A DNA stretch of 64,000 bases, from the IMG/VR virus record IMGVR_UViG_3300025073_000989. The stretch is one strand, 5' to 3'. Origin of the DNA: a virus (lineage: Duplodnaviria > Caudoviricetes). Of this stretch, positions 27,068 to 36,014 are shown piece by piece (position 1 is the first letter of the stretch; every line of letters begins with the position of its first letter). Below the pieces are notes generated by a model, which ran no database searches, had not been told where the DNA came from, and was given only the letters and a program-made list of their open reading frames with translations. The translations under genes and the position numbers were made by a program.

Positions 27068-28666
27068 TTATAAAAGATTATTGTGTTTAATATACTTTAA
27101 ATTCCCACAATCCCAAATACGATCCCAGCCTTGTAATTGCCTATTTTCCCATTCAGTTAATTCCTTAATATCTTTTTTGTTTTTTCTTAAAGCAAATCTA
27201 TGAGTGCGTTTTTTGTTTTTGATATACCAATAATTAGGCTTAGTATTACCAACAAGACTAAACCCGATTTTTTCGTAAAGACTTCCATCAGACCACCTTC
27301 TATCAGCATAAGAAAAAAGCTCCTTCCACTCGTAGCTTCGTTCGAAATACTTGAGTAATTTAGAAGCTATTCCAATAACCCTAGTATTTAGTTTTGAACA
27401 AAAACGATGTAGTTCCCAAGTACCTTCTTTATTTTTAGACCCCTTAGCTATAGAGGATTTAGAAAAAGTCATAACGGAAACTAGTTCTTCATTATAAAAA
27501 GCTCCTAGTTTTATAGAAGAACCTGAACCGTACCCCTGAAGATGATTTTGTTCGCAGAAAAACTTAGCTTGGTTGGCTGAAATTTCATTAATAGTGCATT
27601 TACGAGCATATACTTTATTTAATAAAGTAGAATTTAATAAATTTTGCAGTCTTGATAATAGTATATCTTTTCTATAAACCCACTCATCCTCGAAAATAGT
27701 TATTAACCTGTATCCTTTTTCTAGGCACATATTTAATTTATTTAGATGGTAGTTTTTATCTTTTCCATTTAATTCGGAATGCCAATAAAGTCCGCAATAT
27801 TCGATAGCTATCTTTTTTTCTGGAATTACTATATCTAGTTCGTATGGTTTTATACTATTTTTATCGTTTTTATTAAATATTATATTTTTATTAAATAAAA
27901 ACTCCCTCAATAATAACTCCACATTAGATACTCCAGACCCACTACACTCAGTACACCTTGAATTCTTATGTTTCCAATTATTGTATCTAACAAAGTAGTC
28001 ATGATTATTTGGGCACATAAGATGCAATAAAGAATTAGAATTTAAGTATTCCCCAACTAATCTATAACCATAACCTTCAATATCCAATTTAACTACAGAG
28101 CCACCAAAGCTTATACCACCATTACAATAAGGGCAACGCTTTCCTTGCATCCAATTATGATAAGATGAGCAATACACATGCCCAGCATCACATTGTATTT
28201 TCAAATCTTCAAAAGTATTTCTATAGTCATCTGATAACAATTGATAATTTTCTAATGATAATGCTTTTTTTATATCATCCAAAGTTTTTTTCACTTTACC
28301 AGAACAATAAGGGCATCTTATACCGTCATTAAAGTGATCAATCCTTATGCTATGCCTATGTCCATTATTACAAATATAGTTAATTTTATTCTTACTGTTA
28401 ATATAATTAGTATCTATTACATTGTAACCAGCCTCATTAAAAATAAGCCTAACTTCCTCTATAGTATATTTTGCATTTCCTGCACATTTAGAACATCTAT
28501 GTTTTCTTTTAGTATTCCAGTATTCCCATTTAGTTTTAAATATATGACCAAAAGGACAAACTGTAACTAATTCAGATTTAGAATTAATATACTCTTTAGT
28601 TAAAAGTATATAATTTTCTTTTAATAATGCAGCTCTAACCTTATCATATGTTATTTTTATAGACAT
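27068..28666 (-). CDS. Free-standing homing-type endonuclease: zinc-ribbon repeats plus the same C-terminal nuclease as 7963..9636
   Basis: Repeated Y.LL...Y......C..GH...W......RC..C; YELDIVIPEKKIAIEYCGLYWH, ITIFEDEW, RIWDCG. Confidence 0.8.
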   Translation of the reverse strand: MSIKITYDKVRAALLKENYILLTKEYINSKSELVTVCPFGHIFKTKWEYWNTKRKHRCSKCAGNAKYTIEEVRLIFNEAGYNVIDTNYINSKNKINYICNNGHRHSIRIDHFNDGIRCPYCSGKVKKTLDDIKKALSLENYQLLSDDYRNTFEDLKIQCDAGHVYCSSYHNWMQGKRCPYCNGGISFGGSVVKLDIEGYGYRLVGEYLNSNSLLHLMCPNNHDYFVRYNNWKHKNSRCTECSGSGVSNVELLLREFLFNKNIIFNKNDKNSIKPYELDIVIPEKKIAIEYCGLYWHSELNGKDKNYHLNKLNMCLEKGYRLITIFEDEWVYRKDILLSRLQNLLNSTLLNKVYARKCTINEISANQAKFFCEQNHLQGYGSGSSIKLGAFYNEELVSVMTFSKSSIAKGSKNKEGTWELHRFCSKLNTRVIGIASKLLKYFERSYEWKELFSYADRRWSDGSLYEKIGFSLVGNTKPNYWYIKNKKRTHRFALRKNKKDIKELTEWENRQLQGWDRIWDCGNLKYIKHNNLL

Positions 28667-29791
28667 TTATATTATTTCTATCTCATATATTATTCTACTT
28701 GCTATATGTTCCAATGTAAAATTATTTTTTATGTACTCTTTTAATAGCTTACCTTTATATTTAGCTTCTTCATTATTATAATATACATGTTTCATTAAAT
28801 CAGAAGAATGCTTCAAATTTGGTTCTGCCCATAGCATTTTGCCAGTATACCACGGAGACCAACTCATACCAAAAACAGGGGTAAGACTGTAATCAACAAG
28901 GTAACTATTTTCTGGTTTAGCATAGTCTGTGACACCCCCATACCCTGTTACAATTATGGGATTTCCACAAGCCCCAGAAGTAAAAGGAGACAATCCCCAA
29001 CCTTCCCCTCGATCCAAAGAAACATAACAATCCCCCCTTGCATGTAATCCATGTATCTCGTCCTCAGTTAGCATGTCTGATATAAATAACACCTTAGCAT
29101 GTGGATTTTTCATAGGCATTCCATCTTTTACTCTTTTTATTGTATCTCTTATAGCCTGTTTTTCTGGTTCTGAGTAGTTACTTCTATACGTTTTCATAAC
29201 TAAAGCTACATTTTCGTTATTTTGAAAAGCATGCCAATAAGCCTTTAATAGTGCTACCGGATGTTTCCTCTCAACAAATTGAAATATATCATAAAAAACA
29301 AAAGTATCTTTACCTACACCTTTAATATTATACGGTTCAATTTTATCAAAAACACTCATATTTATACCATGTGGCACAACCCCTATGGGAATAGTAACAC
29401 CACTATCTTTAAACACATCTTTATTCCAAGAACAACCAACTAATACTTTATCAGCGGTTTTGTTTATATACTTAGGCCAATCAGGATGTAATTCTGATGT
29501 TTCCCATATAGTATAGCCAATGTTGATTTTTTCTTCTTCCATAAATTTAGACCAAAACTCAGGAGTAGTATGAACAATAACTATGTTGTAATCAATATCT
29601 TTACCAATTAACGTATTTAAAACTTCTCCCTCTTCTCCAAAATCTGGTCTAATGTCTTCAAATGAAATTGGGCTTACTGTTATAGGGATCCCAGCATTGT
29701 GTAACGCTAGAATATTGCCCCTATTGGCTTTTGCATAACCACTAGAATCGAGACATGGACCTATATATTTTATACCAACAATCTCAGCCAT
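28667..29791 (-). CDS. Glycosyltransferase family 4 (GT-B)
   Basis: SGYA.A.R, YTIWET, VVPHG, ERK...L..AY, GEGWGL.P, W.EP. Confidence 0.88.
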   Translation of the reverse strand: MAEIVGIKYIGPCLDSSGYAKANRGNILALHNAGIPITVSPISFEDIRPDFGEEGEVLNTLIGKDIDYNIVIVHTTPEFWSKFMEEEKINIGYTIWETSELHPDWPKYINKTADKVLVGCSWNKDVFKDSGVTIPIGVVPHGINMSVFDKIEPYNIKGVGKDTFVFYDIFQFVERKHPVALLKAYWHAFQNNENVALVMKTYRSNYSEPEKQAIRDTIKRVKDGMPMKNPHAKVLFISDMLTEDEIHGLHARGDCYVSLDRGEGWGLSPFTSGACGNPIIVTGYGGVTDYAKPENSYLVDYSLTPVFGMSWSPWYTGKMLWAEPNLKHSSDLMKHVYYNNEEAKYKGKLLKEYIKNNFTLEHIASRIIYEIEII

Positions 29792-29882
29792 AAATAAATT
29801 TATCCTTTATTTTATACATTTGTTATAAATAACTCTTTGATATCCTCATTATCTTTTATTGCTAATCGTATACTAAACCTGA

Positions 29883-30113
29883 TTAACCCTGTGTCAAAAG
29901 CAGCTCTATCATGCACTCACGTAACATATAGACCACCTCGTCATCGTCCATATCACGATTAATCGTCGTCCCTCGCCCGAGGTACTTGTACCAACTTACG
30001 CGAATATCACGCCACGCGAAATTGAACTCCTGCTCTTCATCATCGTTCCAAGAATACGCATGTGCTTTGAATTTTTCACCATTGAATTGTACTCCTGTGT
30101 TGCTATCGGAGTC
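29883..30113 (-). pseudogene. C-terminal part of a conserved-looking phage hypothetical gene (NTG...AYSW...FNFAWRDIRVSWYKYLGRG)
   Basis: 77 open codons directly after the mini-element, no own start; more GC-rich than flanks. Confidence 0.6.
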
Positions 30114-30117
30114 GTCG

Positions 30118-30293
30118 GCTTAAACTAAGGCATCGCTTTTCAGCGGCCGGCTAAAACGTCGTGTTTTAGGCCTTAGTAGCGATTTTCCTGTTTCAACCCG
30201 ACCCCTATTTTCGGGAATCGCTTCCCTATCGTCAAGTGGTTTTGCCGGTCCACAGGCTTTAGTTTCTCTCTTATTAAGAGATAAACTTCCCGC
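30118..30293 (-). ncRNA. Putative TnpB omegaRNA (reRNA) scaffold
   Basis: GCGGGAA..AAAGCCTGTGGA..GTTGAAACAGGAA pattern typical of tnpB 3' ends; helices CCTGT/ACAGG, GCGATT/AATCGC, ACTAAGGC/GCCTTAGT, CTAAAAC/GTTTTAG, CGCT-GAAA-AGCG. Confidence 0.55.
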
Positions 30294-30355
30294 CTGGCTA
30301 AGAGATACCAACCAGGTCGGCGGGCCGTAGCACATCCCTGTGCTACTTCAATGCT
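30121..30355 (-). mobile_element. 235-bp non-autonomous element (left end + TnpB omegaRNA-like right end, no ORF), flanked by AGC at both junctions
   Basis: Left 63 bp identical to 45-107; removal restores GGA CAG CCG ACG (G-Q-P-T) in the interrupted gene. Confidence 0.65.
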
Positions 30356-30395
30356 GTCCAAAACACATTTGACCAAGTTCAGGTTTATATTTCAC
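30354..30395 (-). pseudogene. 5' fragment (VKYKPELGQMCFGQ) of the gene interrupted by the mini-element
   Basis: GTG start with GGAGG RBS; the frame stops immediately inside the insert. Confidence 0.6.
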
Positions 30396-30567
30396 CAAAA
30401 TCCTCCAACAATTGACGGACAAGAAGAATCTCACCGTCATCCGATCCTCCGCCATATGCATCATCAATATTACCAGCAGCATAATCGTTAACTATGAATT
30501 CATCATCATCGCACCAGCATCTTTTTGCGGCCAAAACTTCAAGTTTTTCTTTTAATCCTTGAATCAT
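30385..30567 (-). CDS. Hypothetical acidic protein (60 aa, MIQGLKE...); the track start at 30642 is probably too long
   Basis: AAGGAG RBS before the ATG at 30567; the promoter lies within the longer ORF. Confidence 0.7.
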   Translation of the reverse strand: MIQGLKEKLEVLAAKRCWCDDDEFIVNDYAAGNIDDAYGGGSDDGEILLVRQLLEDFGEI

Positions 30568-30609
30568 AAAATCACTCCTTATATAATATTTTACGCCCAT
30601 TATACCTAT

Positions 30610-30638
30610 AATATAAGCACTAAAATTTAATTCGTCAA
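30610..30638 (-). promoter_or_regulatory. Sigma70-type promoter
   Basis: TTGACG-N17-TATATT. Confidence 0.6.
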
Positions 30639-30663
30639 CCAAATAACTTTTATTAGGTTTGTT

Positions 30664-31416
30664 TTATTCCAATTTTAAAGCTTCTGCTTTTACCTTCTTT
30701 CGGCCACAGCAACGATTCTTTGCTTCTGGACAATACCCCAACATCTCACATCTACTATCAACCTTATTAAAGACGCATGGAAGTCTTTCTCTACAAATCT
30801 TTAGAATTTCTTTTGCCAGATTCCTTATTTCCCATTGTGCTGCTGTACAAAGGCGCAAACTAAGAAAATGAGCTAGACTAACGCAATTCATAGTCATAAC
30901 AATACGGGTAGTTACCCCGTTCGGCATAACATAACGAGCATCCTCGCTTGGAATATTTAAAGATTTTAGTTTATTATAAGATTTTTGAATCTCAGCTAAA
31001 GTAGTAAGATATTCACCATAAGCCTCATTATTTTTTTCAATTGATGGCGGAACAACATAATCCTCAATATTAAAATCTCCAGCATTACTTACATAACGTT
31101 GTGATTGTTGAGAGTAGCTTGCTAAACGATGTCTGACTAGTTGATGGCTCAAAGCGCGAGAGACTCCGTCAACAGCAAATGTAAACTTTACGTGTTCAAA
31201 TACTGATGTATGACCTGAAGTATGTAGATGTCTTAGTAGATTATCAATCTCTTTTTCAGTAGATGGCTCCTTTTTTTCAAGATCAATAACCGACACTGAT
31301 CCGTCTACATTTTCTTGCCACATATCTCCAGTCCAACCATCTGCATAACACTGCCTAGCTGATGCAAATATTAATTCTTTAGCGTTCGGGGTCATTGATA
31401 GTAGTTTTACTCTCAT
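30664..31416 (-). CDS. thyX: Flavin-dependent thymidylate synthase
   Basis: GH.SVFEH, SHQLVRHRLASYSQQSQRY, EDARYVMP, R.C..AQWEIR. Confidence 0.95.
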   Translation of the reverse strand: MRVKLLSMTPNAKELIFASARQCYADGWTGDMWQENVDGSVSVIDLEKKEPSTEKEIDNLLRHLHTSGHTSVFEHVKFTFAVDGVSRALSHQLVRHRLASYSQQSQRYVSNAGDFNIEDYVVPPSIEKNNEAYGEYLTTLAEIQKSYNKLKSLNIPSEDARYVMPNGVTTRIVMTMNCVSLAHFLSLRLCTAAQWEIRNLAKEILKICRERLPCVFNKVDSRCEMLGYCPEAKNRCCGRKKVKAEALKLE

Positions 31417-31440
31417 AGGTAATTCTCCTTAATATGGGCC

Positions 31441-32727
31441 CTAAAAAGACTCAGTAATTATTGTTTTATCGGCTACTGGTTTTTCCAAATCAAAGGTAGA
31501 AACCCCATTTAGTTTATTTACCTCTTCATCAAATAAATTAACCCACCGCTTCCCTATAGCCCCCTGCCAATCCATTTCTTTTCTAATCCAAGTATGGGCA
31601 TTCTCTGCTCTGCGGGTGGCCTCTTCTCTATTATTATATACTTGTAGCAGCTTATCAACCAAATCATCTACATCCACTAAAGGGCGTATTACCTCATTAT
31701 CATGCGGTAGGATTGTGAATAGACTTGAACTAGTACCACTTTTTGCAAGATAGCCCCTAGCCTCAGTAATGTTTTCTACCATTGCGGTATTGGCTGGCAT
31801 AATAACAGGAGTCTTTGTGGCCATAGACTCTATAAATGAAAGGCCAAAACCTTCGCCTAAACAAGTACTTACAACACAGTCACTTGCATTATACAACATA
31901 TTAACTACATCTCTTGGATAACCCTGGTTAGGTCCAAAATTTTCTGGAAATATAACATCATCCATTATATTAAAACCATAGGCTTTACATACCTCTGGCA
32001 AGTTCCACCCCTGATCAACTTTTGCCATGTGAAGGTACAAAACTGACTCCGGTACATGTTTTCTAAACTCACTAAAAGCCTGTATAGTTCTTGGAATATC
32101 TTTTCTTTGTTGATTCCTATTAACGTTTGTAATAATAAACTTGTCTGCATGTTTTCCAAAATATTGTGACCTAAAAGATTTAGTCTTTTCTTCATCTAAA
32201 ACAAAAAACTCATTTATATTAACACCGTGTGGTATAACTTCTACATTACCAACACTAGGAAATGCTTTTTTTGCCTCAGTTTTTCCAAATTCTGAATAAG
32301 CCACTAATCTATCAACTGGAGAAACATTTTTAATCCATTGTTCTTTAGGAGTACCGTCTACTGGAAAATAACAAATACTTCTATAAGGACGACCTTTACT
32401 TTTAAGGTGTCCAACTAATTCTGGGATAAAATCCATAATAAATGTATCTTGAAGTAAAAATAAAATATCAAAATCATCTCTGTGCGCCATTATATTTACA
32501 CATTTTTTTTTGCCATAAGGATCCTTTTCTGGATTAGTTCCAGTCGGCCATACACGATATGGAAATACATGTGGATCCCCCCAGTAATTTATTCCAAGAA
32601 TATCAATATCATACCTTCCTGTTTTATATAACGCCTCAAAAATGTTTCTACTTACAGTACCAAAGCCTGTCGCACAAGTAGGGCTATCACAATACGCCAA
32701 CACTTTAATCTTTTTTCCCATAAACAT
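31441..32727 (-). CDS. Glycosyltransferase family 4 (GT-B)
   Basis: DSP...TGFG.V, IPHGV, NVNRNQ.RKD.P, YNASD, GEGFGL..IE.MA..TPVI. Confidence 0.88.
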   Translation of the reverse strand: MFMGKKIKVLAYCDSPTCATGFGTVSRNIFEALYKTGRYDIDILGINYWGDPHVFPYRVWPTGTNPEKDPYGKKKCVNIMAHRDDFDILFLLQDTFIMDFIPELVGHLKSKGRPYRSICYFPVDGTPKEQWIKNVSPVDRLVAYSEFGKTEAKKAFPSVGNVEVIPHGVNINEFFVLDEEKTKSFRSQYFGKHADKFIITNVNRNQQRKDIPRTIQAFSEFRKHVPESVLYLHMAKVDQGWNLPEVCKAYGFNIMDDVIFPENFGPNQGYPRDVVNMLYNASDCVVSTCLGEGFGLSFIESMATKTPVIMPANTAMVENITEARGYLAKSGTSSSLFTILPHDNEVIRPLVDVDDLVDKLLQVYNNREEATRRAENAHTWIRKEMDWQGAIGKRWVNLFDEEVNKLNGVSTFDLEKPVADKTIITESF

Positions 32728-32756
32728 CTCCTTTAATTAATTTTTAATTATTTAGA

Positions 32757-33923
32757 TTATTGTCTATCCTTTTTAACCTTCCTAGTAGCCAGAAAAGGCG
32801 CTGTATAATTAACAACCATAGCACTTGTGATTTTATCTTTAACTGCTGAATTTTCTTCTAAATATCTATCTACAGCCTTTTTATTTACAGTCACCAGCTT
32901 TGGAAAATGCTCAGAAGGGACATACTTATAAACAGTATCTAAATCGTAGGCCTTCCTAGAACTCTGTCTAACATATACCTCATCCTCTAACCCAACAAGG
33001 TTTGCTGACTTAGCTTGTATTCTTTCCATCATAATCATACTCAATTCCCGTTCCCTCATTTCTAATAGTTTTTCCGTATTTTTTACTTCTTTCCACTCAG
33101 ATATAAGAGATATATCATCCATATCAAAAATGGAGTTAAATTTATAATCTGTCTTTTTACAAGCAATCTGATATTCTTCACAATATTCTTTGTAGTCGCA
33201 CCAAGGACAAAAAATATTCATATGAGGTTTAGCGTCTTTCTTTTCCATATTTACCATCTGCTTGTAAACCTCTAAAAGATACTTACTGAACTCTACCTTT
33301 TCTTCATCAGTTCTATATGTATAGACAATATCCTCCCTAAGTAAGTCCAGACTTAATATAATTCTTTTATACTCCGGCCAAAGCGTATGTGCTACCAGAT
33401 TATAAATAGAGAGTTGTATATCGTTCCTTAAATGCTCAGCGTCAGGGGTAGTTTTAGATGTTTTATAGTCAACAATTAGTAATGTATCTTCATCTATTTC
33501 CTCTGCTTTATCTATAGCCCCGATTAAAGGCACACCATCTTCAGTATAAAAAACATCATCACCAAAACCAAATTTTTGCTCTAAGGCTATTAGTTTTCTG
33601 CCTACAATAAAAGACTTTAACCTTGATTTAATTAAATCTTTACCCTCGTTATGGGTACAAGGATCCTCTATACCTTCTTTGATAGAAACTTCATTATATT
33701 TATCTAAAATCTTCTCAATTTCTTTTTTACTAAAACTATCTCTGTCAATTTTATCAAGCCAAATTTTTCCGGCAAACTCTAATGTTTCATGCACAGCTGT
33801 ACCTAATCTAAAAACTGCGTTAGGTACTTTAGGTAACTGCTCGACATAGTTATACCAGTACTTAAGTTTACATTGCAAAAATGTACTAATTCTAGTAGCA
33901 CTAAGTTTTACGTCTTTACTCAT
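32757..33923 (-). CDS. PD-(D/E)xK exonuclease, Cas4/AddB-like with Fe-S cysteines
   Basis: SAT....F..C, G.ID, VDYKT, QL.IY, C..CDY...C. Confidence 0.85.
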   Translation of the reverse strand: MSKDVKLSATRISTFLQCKLKYWYNYVEQLPKVPNAVFRLGTAVHETLEFAGKIWLDKIDRDSFSKKEIEKILDKYNEVSIKEGIEDPCTHNEGKDLIKSRLKSFIVGRKLIALEQKFGFGDDVFYTEDGVPLIGAIDKAEEIDEDTLLIVDYKTSKTTPDAEHLRNDIQLSIYNLVAHTLWPEYKRIILSLDLLREDIVYTYRTDEEKVEFSKYLLEVYKQMVNMEKKDAKPHMNIFCPWCDYKEYCEEYQIACKKTDYKFNSIFDMDDISLISEWKEVKNTEKLLEMRERELSMIMMERIQAKSANLVGLEDEVYVRQSSRKAYDLDTVYKYVPSEHFPKLVTVNKKAVDRYLEENSAVKDKITSAMVVNYTAPFLATRKVKKDRQ

Positions 33924-34451
33924 TTAACTCTCCTTATATATATTTTTATAAATAAAACCATAATCAGTTGTATCCTTAAATCCAGAAATTCCTAAAATTA
34001 TATCTAAGTAATATATACACATAGCTATAGCATCCACTATATCATTATCTTTTTTAAAAGACCAGGTATCATTATCAAATATATCTGTTACAAAATAAAA
34101 CAATTCCTCTTTTGTTCTGACTTTAAAATAAGACTTAACTGTGTTATTGCTTATTACATATGGAGTTATTTCAGTGAACTCTTTGCAGGTTTCTTTGGCT
34201 ACACCGGCAAATTCTGATAATAATTTTAAAGTTCTAACGTTTAACCCAGAATAAACATCTTCAATTATGATATGTGTCGGCTTATACTCATTAAGAATGC
34301 TTATCAATTGCTGTCTAAAGCTCAACAGCCTTGTAGCACTATCTTCCTTTGAATTAGTTTTTATGGTACCATATTTAATAAAACTATTACTATGTATTAT
34401 ACACCACCCAGTACAGGCGGCAGAAACATCTAAACTAAGAACACTCCACAT
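33924..34451 (-). CDS. ruvC: RuvC-like Holliday junction resolvase
   Basis: LSLDVS...TGW, IIIED, D..DA. Confidence 0.8.
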   Translation of the reverse strand: MWSVLSLDVSAACTGWCIIHSNSFIKYGTIKTNSKEDSATRLLSFRQQLISILNEYKPTHIIIEDVYSGLNVRTLKLLSEFAGVAKETCKEFTEITPYVISNNTVKSYFKVRTKEELFYFVTDIFDNDTWSFKKDNDIVDAIAMCIYYLDIILGISGFKDTTDYGFIYKNIYKES

Positions 34452-35237
34452 TTATAAATTCTCCAATACTTCTATTTGTTCTTTTGTTAAATTATCAACT
34501 GAAGGTAAATTCATTTTTAGCTTTATATATAAATCTCCATCAGGCCCACCGTTTACACCTTTACCACCTCTGTAAGCAAAAGGTAGTATTTTACCATCAT
34601 CTACCCCTTTACTTATTTTAATATCTATATTACGATTTTCTATTAAAGTAGTACCTGAGCCATTGCATTTATCACATTTTGTTTTAACAACCCTACCCAA
34701 ACCGTTACAAGCAGCACACGTTGTCATAGAACGCATCACCATACCACCATCACGACGAATTTGTGAAAAAACGCCCACACCATTACAGTTGGTACAATTA
34801 TCTGACTCAGAAGCACCAGAACCCTTACAATCTATACATATATCATTATAACTAACATTAAAATCATAGTCACCACCAAAAATAAAGTATTTCAAAGGAA
34901 TATCTATAACAAACTTTAAATCTTGGCCTTTCCTTGGAGCATTGGGATCAGGTCTTTGTCTGGTAAAAGGACCATTAGCAAATGGGTTGCCGAAACCAAA
35001 GCCCTTAAAAAGATCTTCCATGTTAGAGACTGGATTATCATACTCCCTACGCTTGGCTTCATTAGATAAAACAGAATAAGCCTCATTTATATCCTTAAAA
35101 ACGGCCTCAGATTCTTTGTCGCCTTGGTTTTTATCTGGATGGTATTTAAGTGCTAGCTTTCGGTAAGCTTTTTTTACTTCGTCACTAGATGTTTCTTTAT
35201 TAATACCTAAAATACTATAATAATCCTTAGTACTCAT
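34452..35237 (-). CDS. dnaJ: DnaJ co-chaperone (J-domain, four CxxCxGxG repeats, CTD-I only)
   Basis: DYY.ILG, YHPDKN, CxxCxGxG x4, GDLY. Confidence 0.9.
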   Translation of the reverse strand: MSTKDYYSILGINKETSSDEVKKAYRKLALKYHPDKNQGDKESEAVFKDINEAYSVLSNEAKRREYDNPVSNMEDLFKGFGFGNPFANGPFTRQRPDPNAPRKGQDLKFVIDIPLKYFIFGGDYDFNVSYNDICIDCKGSGASESDNCTNCNGVGVFSQIRRDGGMVMRSMTTCAACNGLGRVVKTKCDKCNGSGTTLIENRNIDIKISKGVDDGKILPFAYRGGKGVNGGPDGDLYIKLKMNLPSVDNLTKEQIEVLENL

Positions 35238-35636
35238 TTAGTCTAAAACCTCCCACTCGAAATCACAATCAGGACATTTATATACATTTTTTGATTGTTC
35301 ATAACATATTTTATTACATTTTATACACCTGTCAACATAATCCATCATAGATACAGAATTGACATCTTCTACTACAAGACTGTTCATTAGGTCAGTAAAA
35401 GCATCTTCATTAGAAATCAAATCACTTAGTAAACTGTTACTATCAAAAAGCTTCTCTAGGGCATCTAAATTAACCGGCTCACCAACCAAAACATTATCGT
35501 TAGCAGTCTTCCACATATAACTACAATATCTACAAGTATGGTAAGCTATGCTTATCTTACTACCACAATCTCCACATAAAAAAGACTCCGTAAAAAATAC
35601 AGTATCACTTTCTTTGTTACAATTAGTACAACACAT
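35238..35636 (-). CDS. Multi zinc-ribbon hypothetical protein
   Basis: Five CxxC pairs. Confidence 0.65.
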   Translation of the reverse strand: MCCTNCNKESDTVFFTESFLCGDCGSKISIAYHTCRYCSYMWKTANDNVLVGEPVNLDALEKLFDSNSLLSDLISNEDAFTDLMNSLVVEDVNSVSMMDYVDRCIKCNKICYEQSKNVYKCPDCDFEWEVLD

Positions 35637-35649
35637 AAATATTCACCCC

Positions 35650-36000
35650 TTAGATCATTTCTAATAATTGTCCAAAAATATCAACAGAGTTATCATTGAA
35701 CTTTATACTTATTGGTGCAAACAGTTGATTGGTCTTTAGATCTGGATACTTTTTAGTAGCAAATAGGACTTTTGATATAGATGGTAAGTATAGTATGTCA
35801 TTATTTAATAAATCAAAAATTCCTGATTTTTTATCAAAGAACTCTGGGTCTATATTATTATAATCCCCTCTTTTTGGTATACTAATTTTATATTGATCTT
35901 TAAGCACCTTGAATTTATAATTTCTAGCTGGTAATAAAACCATACTAGGGGTACCAACTACTTCCTGAGCATCAATCCAAACAACATCATCCATTTCCAT
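35650..36000 (-). CDS. Hypothetical protein
   Basis: ORF track; GAGG RBS. Confidence 0.6.
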   Translation of the reverse strand: MEMDDVVWIDAQEVVGTPSMVLLPARNYKFKVLKDQYKISIPKRGDYNNIDPEFFDKKSGIFDLLNNDILYLPSISKVLFATKKYPDLKTNQLFAPISIKFNDNSVDIFGQLLEMI

Positions 36001-36014
36001 AATAGTATCCTCGT

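Noticed and set aside
30118-30356. Group I/II intron or known small ribozyme
   Set aside because: No GUGCG start or domain V, no P7 (R/S) consensus, and no hammerhead/pistol/HDV core recognisable; splicing cannot be fully excluded without RT-PCR.
30120-30376. ORFs 30120..30335 and 30173..30376 as real proteins
   Set aside because: They are translations of the structured mini-element; the same peptide appears at 35..256 only because the DNA is repeated.
28667-32727. T4-like DNA glucosylation by the two GT4s next to thyX
   Set aside because: No hydroxymethylase or dCTPase-type acceptor pathway in the window; kept only as an alternative hypothesis.
32757-33923. Cas4-like nuclease as part of a CRISPR-Cas system
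   Set aside because: No array or other cas genes; the ruvC/recA context fits a recombination exonuclease.
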